DNA of 37,319 nt, taken from NCBI RefSeq assembly GCF_000315625.1, contig NW_005434609.1, positions 378,907 to 416,225 of the forward strand, read 5' to 3'. The notes beneath the pieces are model-generated. The model was not told the origin of the DNA. It did no database searches and was given only the letters and a program-made list of their open reading frames with translations. Shown here in pieces: positions 21,201-31,931 of this stretch. Numbering within the stretch: position 1 is the stretch's first letter; every line of letters starts with the position of its first letter. Source of the stretch: Guillardia theta CCMP2712 (lineage: Eukaryota; Protista; Cryptophyta). Both the position numbers and the translations under genes were made by a program.

Positions 21201-24200
21201 AGCTCTCATCTCATCCTTCTCATCTACAAGAGATGGAACGATGTTCTGCACCTCAACCAAACTCTCAGCAATGTTGTTGATGATTTCTTCCAGGTTCACC
21301 ATGGCAAACTGCTTCTCGATCTCAGCCGTTTTCAACGTGTTGTCATTGTTTTCCATCACTGTTCTACATCCCAGCTCCACTTCAAACAACATCTTGTTCA
21401 CGGAATCGACAACGTCTTCGAGGTTGCTGCACTTGGATGCGAACTTGTGCAAGAAGTCTTTGACTTGCTCATCGCCAGCAAAGTTTTGCTCTCTACACAC
21501 CTTGCGTGTTTCTCGAAGGTGGGCTGAAAGTTCTGCCGACAGTTCGAAGACAAGTTCGTTGAAGTGATAGATAAAAGTGAAGACGACATGTTCAGCAAGA
21601 CAGCGTTGATCGATTATCTCCATCAACAACTTCAGCACAAACTCCGACCTGCAAGTCAAGAGGGCCAACAGCTGAACAGCTTGCTTGCTCGCGTCCTCCC
21701 GGCTCATCCCCGCCCCTTCTCCTGTGCTCCATGCTCCCCTCACCATCTCCGAGATGTCTTGTTGACAAGACAGCAGCTCCTGCGCCAGCTCCAACACAAC
21801 CCTCAGGTCTGACTCCGCCTCTCGAGGCCTCCTGTCCAACGAAACTTGCAGCCTGTCAGCTGTTTGAACGCTATCATCTACATCAGATGTTGCAATGAGC
21901 CGTTGAGTTGCTGTCATCTCATATTCCTTGTATTGTTTTTGTTGCCTGTTACGCTCAACAGCATCATCGTCTCTGCTCGTCTTCTGTTCTCCTCTCTCCT
22001 CATCCTCGTCAACTTTCATCTGCATCATCGCGTTGCAGGCTGCTGCCCACGATGAGCTCAATCTCATCGATTTTCTCGCTTGCTCCAGCGCCGTATCTCT
22101 CTCCTTCTCTGCCCTTTGCAACTTCACCATCACTTCAGCATGCTGCTGTCTCAACATCACCAGCTGCGTCTGCTCCTCCCTCAACCTCCTCCCTGCATCG
22201 ACGAGGATTGAGTGAGACTGGTCGACCATGGCATGTAACTTCTCCATCGCTATCTCTGACGCTATGTGAAAAATTCCCTCGTCTCTTGATTTCTTCTGCA
22301 GCAACATGGCGAGTTCTTTGGACGTGTCTGACCTCTGTCGAGGTACTTGTGATATCATGCTTGTTCCAACTTGTGATAACAACAACATGCCGTCTTGAAT
22401 CGCATCAATCATTCCGTTCAGCTCTGTATCAAGGTATTGCTGCAGCAATTTTGTATCCCTAATTGCAAGGTGCAAGTCTTGACAAATCTCCAGAGTCTCA
22501 CCGTTCATGTAATGCAGATTATGCAGACCTGATGATAGAATTTCTTGTTCTGTTATCTTGCTTGCCGGACAATTTGCGATGTCTTGTACTTCAAAAACAC
22601 GTTCATCACATTCATCATTGTCATTGTTGTGCTCTTGCACTTGTTGCTGCAGTTGACCTCGCTCGACTTGTCTGAAAACATCAAAGAACAGAATCATCTC
22701 ATGGCTCAAGATTGTTGTTTCCCTTATGATGATGTCGCATGCCGCAAACACATCGTTTCTCTCAAGATCATTGCAAACGTCAACACGATTCTTGCTTGTT
22801 CCTTCCAAAATGTTGTGTATCAATGCTTCAACCTCTCTCACACCATCTCCATGCCTTTCATCATCTACAACTCGTTCCTCATCGTTTCTCATCTTGTTCA
22901 TCTCATCTTGCATGATGATCCTCATCTCGTGTGCTGATTGCACAAGTTCGCAAGAAACTTGTTGAGATTGCAAACGAAATTCCCTCCACCATAATGGATC
23001 ATTACATCTTGAAATAACGAGCTGATCAGGCTCTGCTGAACAGTAACTCGAATCCACCAGTAGACCGCTGTGCATCCATCGCAAATGAGGATCTTTTTCT
23101 TGCCCTCCTCCTCCTCCTTCTCCTCCTTCTCCTCCTCCTCCTCCTCCCATCTCCTCGTTCCCTATCTTGTCTGTCCTTCCTTGTTTCTCTTGTTCTGCCA
23201 GCCATCCTGACGACAGCTGCACCTCCGTAAGAATCGACCGCATCTGCCAGATTCGCCGCTCAAGTTCCCCCATGCCCTCTTCGAGATGTTTGAGAAAAGT
23301 CTCTTGGAGGGAAAGATGTTTGTTCAGAAAGGCGACTTCCTTTGTAACATCGTGTAATCGGTTCTCGTCTAGCGTAAACGAGCTGATCATCTCTGAAGTT
23401 ACAACCCTCGCCATCGCATCTTGACGTTGTCACCTGCAGAGACCGTCCAGAGCTCGTAACAAGTCGTCGCGACCAGATCGTTCTTGCAACAACTTCAACT
23501 CCTGCCAACGTTCCTCAGCGCTCGCACAACCATCTCACACCGTAAATCTCCCAGCACTAGCACAAGCACGTCGCAGATCAGATCTCTTTCCATCTTACCG
23601 AGATCTCCAGACATCGTTTGAACTCATGATTCATGTACATCTCGGACAGATACTTCCTTCGCAGAAGATCGTTCTCTTGGTCAACATGTACAACTTCATC
23701 CATGAATTCCTGACGTGTGTCATGATGAAGCTCCAAACTTATAAGACTCACTGAAAGGCTTTCAACACAGCTCTTGATTTCAATCGCTAAAACCTCCCTC
23801 TCTCGCCTCAACGCATGGATGTAACTTTCATTTCGACCTTCGTTCCGACGGGACTCAATCATCTTTGGATGATATAGATTCAAACACAGGAAGGTCACAG
23901 CAAAAAACTGCAAACCTGGTGCCTGACACGTGTTTCCTGAGCCTCTATACATACATGAACATCTCTCATCTCGTCTCTGCATTCCTGTATCTCTCGGATT
24001 AACACAGAACATGTTCTGAAGATATTTGAAAGTTGTCTCGGCTTTAACTGAACTCACACATCACAAGTGCTCATCACATCCTAACTCACCTCATCGCTGT
24101 TGGCAGGAGTCCAGTTAGTCTGCAAACGCCGTCACTGACTGCACGACATCTTGACATGTCGGACGTACCTGACAAGAAGCGTCCATGACACATGTTTTGT

Positions 24201-24849
24201 GAGCTGCAACCTCCAACGTCAGACTGTGCTCAGGTAGTGAAGCAAGTCAACCAGTCCTTGTCTTCCTCTCGTTGCACTCCTGCAGACGATGTCGGAGCTC
24301 GTGTAGCTGCAGACGACAGTCAACGACATGGAAGGATCATGGGAGAGAAAGCGGAAGAGGAGAGTGGAAGCAAGTTGATAGTCGGAGAAAGAGGACGAGG
24401 AAGATGAGAACGAGGGCGAGGAGGAGGACGAAGACGAGGAAGATGACGTATCTCTATGGCTTGCCTCATGTTCTCTGTCCTCGAGTTGCAGTTGAAGATC
24501 AGCGACGTTCCTCTGCTCTTCCTCGATCCTTCTATGAGCCGCCAAGATCTGCTCCTCATGCTTTTCGAGCATGACCTGACAAGTAGATGAGGTCGGAGCA
24601 AGGGACATACTCGCAGGAGACGAGACAACAGAGCGTCATCAAGTCTCAGCAACTGACTGGCATTGACAAGGGAAGGGAAACCATGGGCGGCAACAGGTGC
24701 CGGCAGGGCAGGTGGGGAAGCTTGAAGGGCAAGAGGAGGAGACTCTTCAGGCTAAGTGCGGACATCTCCTTCACCTTCTGCTGCGTCAAGTTCATCGTCG
24801 TCATCCTCTCGACATGCCGTGCGAGCTCGTCGAACCGCCTCGCCGCCAT
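18207..24849 (-). CDS. Very large multi-exon coiled-coil protein of unknown function
   Basis: The 1282-aa ORF (19566-23414) is rich in E/Q/L/M. It splices in phase through PDMPAVRR...CIQ to the 315-aa ORF (18402-19349) and a last exon DDLDTKNTILRSYADLAAKA*. 5' exons read MAARRFDELARHVERMTTMNLTQQK | VMLEKHEEQILAAHRRIEEEQRNVADLQLQLEDREHE | LHELRHRLQECNERK. Exons at 23450-24250 are not fully resolved. Confidence 0.75.
18313..18410. repeat. Intronic (ATCTC)n microsatellite
   Basis: atctcatctcatctcatatctc... inside the last intron of the coiled-coil gene. Confidence 0.85.
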
Positions 24850-25058
24850 TCCCGCAGTCACCTCAACTTGACTTTCCCTATCAAATTTGTGCCGCTGCAC
24901 TCTAGCTAGCTCTACTCTGGCTAGTCCCTCAGTGACACTGATGAGAGTCCGGCCGCTTTCCGGACGGGCCCGACCGACCGGATCGGACTCGGTCACCTTC
25001 AATCGAGAGTCTCTTGCTTTGCCTCTTTCATTCTTTGATCACACTGGTAATCATCACA

Positions 25059-25100
25059 ACATACTCTACTCAATCAAACGTTTGATTGAGTAGAGTATGT
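25059..25100. repeat. Perfect 42-bp palindrome (no spacer)
   Basis: ACATACTCTACTCAATCAAAC|GTTTGATTGAGTAGAGTATGT; the arms are exact reverse complements. Confidence 0.95.
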
Positions 25101-26954
25101 CAATGAGTAGAGTATGCCAGTTATGAACAAGAGACTCAGTTCAGTCCTCTATGATCTTCTCAGTACGCCTTCACGACCGTGACTCGCCGCGGACTCTGGG
25201 AGAGAGACTGTACAGCAGTGATAGTACAGGCTGTGTAGTCCCCTAACTACCGGTGACCGTACCAACCATCATGGCATGGCCCAGTACCCGGCCCCGGACT
25301 CCACGGTCCGAGTCATGCTGGTTCCGACCGTACGGTACTACTACGGTACTCCGAGTCGGAGGGCAGCTCCGAGTGACTTGGCGGCGGTGACTCCGAGCCT
25401 GGGGCTCAGGCTTCAGTGACTCACTGTCAGTGACTGGTCGGACCTGCGGCGCCCGCCGTACTACGCCGGGTAGTTACGCGCGGCCGCCGCGGCCGCGCGG
25501 TGATCGGCGGTGGCGGGCCCGCCGTTCTACCGGGAGGCCGGCTAAAAAACGCAAGCCGCCGAATTCATTGAGGGATGAATCTTTACACATAATTTGAAAA
25601 ATACCTTCATAATATATGAAAATTTTGAAACCTAAATTATCCTCTAAAGTTTCAACATCTGATTTGTCCATTGAAACTTGCCACCCAAAATTACCCTGCC
25701 TTGCAACCCCACCTTCTCAGGGAGTTTCATCAAAAGGGGAATATAAACCACAAAAGTCTTATCTTGAGTAACTTAAAATATTGGTACTTTTGTGGACGAA
25801 GTTTTATTAAACTATTCTATCAGTAATAAAATAGAGCCTCTGGAACATTCTCAAGGGGTATGGGTGGGTATTGGGATCTCTGGTGTACTGATTCGTGAAG
25901 GTTGATTGACACCCCACTTCCGATATTTCGGTGGTGGATGGGTAGGGTGGTAGGCACTACTGGGTGGGAAATACCATGCATTGTAGGTGAAAAGTGATGT
26001 TAAAATGGGGGTGGGGGTATTACAAGAGAGGGTAGACCAGATAGTGTTGATGGGGTGGGGTAGAGGGGTGGAAAGCGAAGTGCGTGTGAGCGATATGGCA
26101 GAAATGCGGGAAGCGACGGACGGAGAAAGGAGGGAGCAGGGAGCAGGGAGCAGGGAGCAGGGAGCAGAATGAAAGATCAATGTTGAGAAGATTCATGGAG
26201 GAAGAAAGGGGATGTGAGAAGAAGTTGAAATGATGAGAGGGTGAAAGAGGCTAGTGGCAGAAATCAAAGTCATGGCGTTCCGGAAATCAAGAAAAGTGGA
26301 GGATGAAATTGTTTTTGCCAGGTCTAAAGAGATCGCGAGGTAGTAAACCCCAGGCCGAGGAAACGAATGCCAAGAGCATCATGTACAGAAGATTGTTGAA
26401 GATACAAATCAAAACATCCCGAAAAGAGAGGAAGGGCAGGGCAGTGAGAAGTTGAAATTGATGCAGTTGGAGTAGTGAAGTGGAGCATAGTTCAATGTGC
26501 TTGAAGGATCAACCATCGAGTAGAGAATGGAATGAGTGCAGTTGCTAGACAGCTCTCGCAGTAACCTTCAAAGCGAGCTGGGCTTTACATCTGGTGTGAG
26601 ATGGGTTGGATAGCTGTTGCATCAATTGTTGCATGTTGCGAACCCTTCTATGCACCGTAAAATTACGTAGCTCGTAGATTTGAGAGACTGTTCATATCAA
26701 CCAAAATTATCGGTGTTGGAACGAATTTTTTTGGTCTATGCCTGTACCGTGCATTATCTTCATATGATGATTTCCTTTCATATATGTTGAATGTTTTCAA
26801 TGTCGTGTTAGAACATTTCTTTTCCCTTGCTCGGCATTGGAACGTTTCTAACTTTCATTGTGCTTGATTGCAGTCTCTCTCTGGGCCTCAAGATCAGTAG
26901 AATCGAACAAGACTTGTTCGTTTCTTCCCGAGAAAGTTAGGACCGAGTAGCAGG

Positions 26955-27512
26955 ATGACTACTCCAGCCAGGCGACGCCTGATGAGGGACTTCAAGCGTT
27001 TGCAGACTGATCCTCCTACTGGCATCAGTGGAGCTCCATCCGTTGAGAACATCATGCAGTGGTAACGAGCCCCCTGTCAAGTCCCTCCTGTCCCTCCTGT
27101 CTTATCCTCCGAGCAGGTCTGCAGTGATCTTTGGGCCCGACGACACTCCATGGGAGGGAGGTTGCACTTGCTTCAGTCTGCGCTGTCGCTGATGGCAATG
27201 CTGGCAGGAACCTTCAAGCTTACTCTGACCTTCACCGAGGACTATCCCAACAAAGCTCCTGTCGTCAAGTTCGTTACCAAGATGTTTCACCCCAACATAT
27301 ACGCCGACGGCGCCATCTGCCTTGACATCCTGCAGAACCAGTGGAGCCCGATCTATGACATCTCTGCCATTCTCACATCCATCCAGTCCCTCCTCACTGA
27401 CCCGAACCCTCAGTCCCCTGCCAACTCCGAGGCCTCCAAGTTGTACGTAGAGAACAAGGGAGAGTACAACCGGCGTGTGAAAGCCATCGTAGAGGAGAGC
27501 TGGAAGGCATGA
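26955..27512 (+). CDS. RAD6: Ubiquitin-conjugating enzyme E2, Rad6/UBC2/UBE2A family, 151 aa
   Basis: Exons 26955-27061, 27117-27160 and 27208-27512 give [28 protein letters not shown]...[19 protein letters not shown]...[25 protein letters not shown]...VEESWKA, with the HPN motif and catalytic Cys. Confidence 0.97.
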
Positions 27513-27789
27513 TGGGAGCAGAGACTCTGTGATGCGATGATTTGTAATTTGAAGCTTGTCAGATTTGTTCATAAAGACATTTGAATCTTGATCGGGTGAG
27601 TGGGGAGAAGCAGGTGAGGGAGCAGCTTGAGAGAGGGGATGGGGGAGAAGGAAAGGAGGAGTACTAGGGGAGAGGAGGAGGAGGACGAGGGGCAGTGCTA
27701 GGAGACAGGAGGAGCACAAGGGGAGAGGAGGAGGAGTACTAGGATCACTTTTATCTTTTATGTACATTGAGCGGTTTGGTGGTGGAGCT

Positions 27790-27935
27790 TTAGAACGTGC
27801 AGTAGGAGAGGAGCAGGTGATGTGCCATGTGCAGGGCCCTGAACAGACACATCAGGAGAGCGCGGCGGGATAAAGTCATGCGCGAGACATGAAGCTTGAA
27901 GAGATGCGGAGGAGGAAGAGGGGGGGGGGGGGGGG

Positions 27936-27976
<41 letters not shown>

Positions 27977-30900
27977 ATAATGATGATGATAATGATGATG
28001 AGGAGGAGGAGGAGCAACAGCTTCAGCAAGCGGAGGCTTCACCCAGTTTCCCTGTAGATCAAGGAGAGATTGAAAGCTGCTTCACGCTTGAGATCAATCT
28101 CAATCAGAGCAGCCATTGGCGGCCCCATGCTCAAAAACCTGAGACAGAACCATCAAACCCCTCACCTTTTTGCCCTCCTCCTCTCTGTCTCTTCTCTCCC
28201 TCCCTCCCTCCCTCCCTCCCTCTCTCCTCCTCCTCCCCCCCCTCTCCGTCTCTGTCTCTCTCTTCTTCATCTCGCTCGACCTGCTCGTAGCAGGGGATGG
28301 CGAAGGAGTAGAGGGAAAGCTGATGGAAGGCTCGACCGAGGTTATAGAAAGTCTCCTGGTTCCACTGCGAGGAGAGTGAGAGGAGAGTGAGAGGAGAGGA
28401 GAGGAGAGGAGAGGAGAGGAGAGGAGAGGAGAGGAGAGGAGAGGAGAGGAGAGGAGAGGAGAGGAGAGGAGAGGAGAGGAGAGGAGAGGAGAGGAGAGTG
28501 TTAAATACGGCAAGGCGGTCGAGAAGGTGTACATGAACAATGTCTTCGTCTGCCTGCCTGAACAAGGAAGGGATCTGCAAGCTTGGGTTCAGGTTCCGAA
28601 AGATTTTCCACATGTCTCAACTCACTGCAAAAATGAACGCGTCCTCAAAGGTGTTCTTGTCTGACAGGCGATGGTTTCAGTCGCTGCTATCGAGATCTCC
28701 TCACCCTCCGAACCTGAAGATCCATTGGCTGTGATCTCTTCTGCCAGGATGACGCAGCATCTCTCAACGTGCGCTATCACTTCCTCTGAACACACCAGCC
28801 GTCAGTGACTGCACCGTCACCATCCTCCCTCCTTCTCATCCAACTCTCTCTCCCCCTTNNNNNNNNNNNNNNNNNNNNNNNNNNNNNNNNNNNNNNNNNN
28901 NNNNNNNNNNNNNNNNNNNNNNNNNNNNNNNNNNNNNNNNNNNNNNNNNNNNNNNNNNAGGAAGCAGGCACAAGGAGGAGGGCAGGAGCTCAGGGATCTG
29001 TTGTGTCCTCTCCTCCAGCATCACCTCAGTGGCTGTCAGCTGCTTGTAGATCCTGACAGCCTCTAGAAGTTGAGCCCGGTGATGCATCTCGCTCGAGGTC
29101 ATGCCCGCCTGCAGGAGGGTCGAGTCAGAGCATAAGGAGGAGGGGAGAACAAAAGAGGAGGAGGAAGGGAGAACAAGGAGGAAGAGGAAGAGGCAGGAGG
29201 GACAAGCGAGAGAAGCAAAGGAGAACGAGGAGGAGGAAGCAGAAGGAAAGGAGCATAAGGAGGAGGATGGACATCGCGAAGGAGGAAGAAGGCACAAGGA
29301 GGAGGAGGGAGGGACAAGTAAGTGGAGGAAGCGGGAACGAAGAGAAGCAGGAAGGAGGAAAACAAAGGCAGCATAAGGAGGAGGAGGAGGAGCAGGAGGA
29401 GGAGCAGGAGGAGGAGCAGGAGGAGGAGGAGGAGGAGGAGGGGATCACAACCTGACGGTAGGATTCAGCAACGTCAAGGTAGAGGTCCCCACAGGCGTCG
29501 ATCGAGTATGCCCACAGCGTCTGGAAGCATTCCTCTGCCATCCTCACCCTGCCCAGCTGGAGCAGAGCTATCCCCTCCCTCACCACGAGGTCTACCGGCA
29601 TGTCCCCGTTGGGCTGGTAGCTTCTCACCTTCCCCAGCAGCTTCAGAGCTTTCTCCGACTGCTTCAGCATCAAGAAGCACTCGGTCAGCATGTTCACGCA
29701 GTCCAGCTCGAACTCCATGAAAGTTCGGGGCCGGTCATCCGGCATCCTCCTCTTCTCCCTTATGTCCAGCCAGCTCTCCAGCACCTTGACAGCAGCCTGC
29801 GAGTCCCCGTACTGGTGGAGGAGGCGCGAGAGCTCCTTTGACACTTCCGAGATCTTCACGTACTCCTCCGCCGGCAGCTTCTTAAGGAGGGTGTGCAGCA
29901 CGTCGATGGCTCTCTTGGTCTGGCCCACCTCCACCAGCAGGGACGCCTTGTCCCACAGCAGCTCGGGAGCAGGATCCGCCTGCAGCGTGGATAAGCGAAC
30001 AAAGAAACAGGAGACGAAAGGGGAGTAGGAGCAGGAGCAGGGGCAGGAGCAGGGGCAGGAGCAGGAGCAGGAGCAGGAGCAGGGGCAGGGGCAGGGGCAG
30101 GGGCAGGGGCAGGGGCAGGGGCAGGAGCAGGAGCAGGGATGGTTGCGGCGAGGAGAGAATTCAGAAAGAGCGAAGGTGGGCAAAAGGAAGCAGGAGGGGT
30201 CTAGGACAAGGAGGGACGAGCTACCTTGATGGCACGGTTGAGAGCATAAATCGCTTGAGGGATGTTGCCAAGGTCTCTCGACATGCTCGCCGCTCGATTC
30301 CACAGGCTGATGTCCTTGGGGTTGAGCAGGGCGGCGATGACGATGCAGCTGAGGGCGCTGGACAGCTCGTTCTTGGCCTCGTAGATCGACCCCAGCAGGG
30401 CAAAGACATCGGAGTGCGGGAGGATGCGAATGATCTCCTTAGAGAGCTCGATCGCTGCCTCGAACTCCCCGAAGGCGTACTTCATGGTCGCCTGCCCCAG
30501 CTTGTCCTTCACCTCCTGCGGCATCCTGGAACCTCCTCGGGCCAGCCCCCTTCGCTTCCTCCTCCTCTTCCTCTTCCTCGGCGCGAGCTCCTTCCAGATG
30601 TCGTCCGCTATGTCGTCCATCTGCTGATTCGGGACGATGCGCTTGCTCGCCGCTCCAGCTCGCCTCCTGCTGGGCTGGGCTGAAAGCCCGAAGGAGACCC
30701 CTGCCTTGCGCTTTCCCAGGTGCCTTCCCAGCTGGAATTCTCTCTCGAGGCTGACATTCTTGTCCAGGTGTCCTCCTTCACCATCGTCGCTGTCCACGTC
30801 CTGCAGGGGAAGGACGTCGTCCTCGTCCTCCTCGTTCTCTGCCCCGTCGTCTCCCTCCTCGTCGACCTCCTCCATGTCCTCCTCCTCCTCCTCGCTGTCT

Positions 30901-31022
30901 TGCTCCACCTCGCCTCTCACCTGCAGGAACTTCTTGCTCAGCACAGAACTGTCTTCACCCAGCAGTACCCCAGGAGGAGCGCGAGAAGACGATCCTTCCC
31001 CAGCATTGCTTGCTCGATGCAT
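27790..31022 (-). CDS. GTF3C3: General transcription factor IIIC TPR subunit (Tfc4/tau131/GTF3C3); interrupted by an assembly gap, apparent 1-nt frameshift at 28133-28137
   Basis: Acidic N-terminus and basic RKRKRRRKRR, then LGQATMKYAFGEFEAAIELSKEIIRILP...AALLNPKDISLW TPR array. The C-terminus ETFYNLGRAFHQLSL...YEQ, DLKREAAFNLSLIYRETG, ALHMAHHLLLSYCTF* is characteristic of Tfc4/GTF3C3. Confidence 0.88.
27919..28012. repeat. Intronic poly-G followed by (GAT)n and (GAG)n
   Basis: Visible in the last intron of the TFIIIC gene. Confidence 0.9.
28390..28498. repeat. Intronic (GAGGA)n pentamer
   Basis: Perfect array immediately before the acceptor of the WNQETFYN exon. Confidence 0.95.
28859..28958. 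other. Assembly gap (100 N, likely placeholder of unknown size)
   Basis: Exactly 100 N inside the TFIIIC gene. Confidence 0.99.
30028..30137. repeat. Intronic (GAGCAG/GGGCAG)n hexamer
   Basis: Inside intron 30224-29980. The same unit recurs at 35240-35360 in a Ca-ATPase intron. Confidence 0.9.
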
Positions 31023-31089
31023 CTGCGATGTGCAACAGGTCAAGGCAACTAGGAGGCCTGTCAGTCTTGATGATTCTTGTGTCCTGCGC

Positions 31090-31550
31090 TCTCCTCGTCC
31101 TTACTCCCCTCCCTCTCCTCCCCTCCCGTCCCCTCCCCTCCCCTCTCCTCTCCTCACCTCCCCTCTCCTCCCCTCACCTCCCCTCACCTCACCTCTCCTC
31201 TCCTCTCCTCTCCTCCCCTCCCCTCCCCTCTCCTCTCGTGGTCAATTCTTCTGGACCTTTTTCGTGTCTCATCTATCCTTCCGCTCGCTGTTCTCAAGTC
31301 TTGTAATTGCTGCTCCAGTAACCCTCTCCCTATTCTGCTCGTCTGTCATGCTAGTTGAACGCTTCCATCCCTCTCTTCTGCTCGTCTCCTGCCCTCTCCT
31401 CTCCTCTCCTCTCCTCTCCTCAGCCCATCTTCTCACCCTCACTCGTTCCCTCTCCCTCTCCCTCTCCCTCTCCCCTCTCCCTCTCCCTCTCCCCTCTCCC
31501 CTCTCCCCTCTCCCCTCTCCCCTCTCCCTCTCCCCTCTCCTTCCCTCTTT
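31090..31550. repeat. Pyrimidine microsatellite blocks (CTCCT/CTCCC/CTCTCC)n in the divergent TFIIIC/Ca-ATPase intergenic region
   Basis: Two long C/T tracts, followed by a purine-rich block at 31570-31920. Confidence 0.85.
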
Positions 31551-31931
31551 GTTCTCAAGGGCGTAGTAGGGAGGAAGGGCCCGTGGAAATTCGACCCAAC
31601 GAGGGGGGTGGGGTAGTCAATCGGAGAGACGATATGGGGACAAGAGCTGGGCTAGGGGAGGGCAGGAAGGAAAGGAGGAGAGCAGGACGGAGGGAAAGGG
31701 AGGAGACGAGACGAGACAAGACGAGAGGAGAAGAAAGGAGAGGAGTGGAGAGGAGAGGAGAGGAGAGGAGAGGACGAGGGATGAGGGAGAGCCAAGTGGG
31801 GTCAGGAGAGGACAGGGGAGGGCAATCGGCATCGGAGAGATCAGCAAGGGAGACGAGCTTTGAACGATCTGATGCAGGTGGGGAGCGAATGAATCAGAGT
31901 GAGTAGTGGGGGTGATAGGAGGAGCTGAAGG

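Noticed and set aside
26270-26950. Short ORF MAFRKSRKVEDEIVFARSKEIAR upstream of RAD6
   Set aside because: No spliced continuation could be built; may be 5' UTR or intergenic, so unsupported.
4082-27512. Functional 'proteostasis cluster' (p47, Deg, Rad6)
   Set aside because: The genes are separated by unrelated loci and act in different compartments; co-location is plausibly chance.
30637-31906. 309-aa and 183-aa Pro/Ser/Leu-rich ORFs
   Set aside because: Antisense to TFIIIC exon 1 plus microsatellite promoter sequence.
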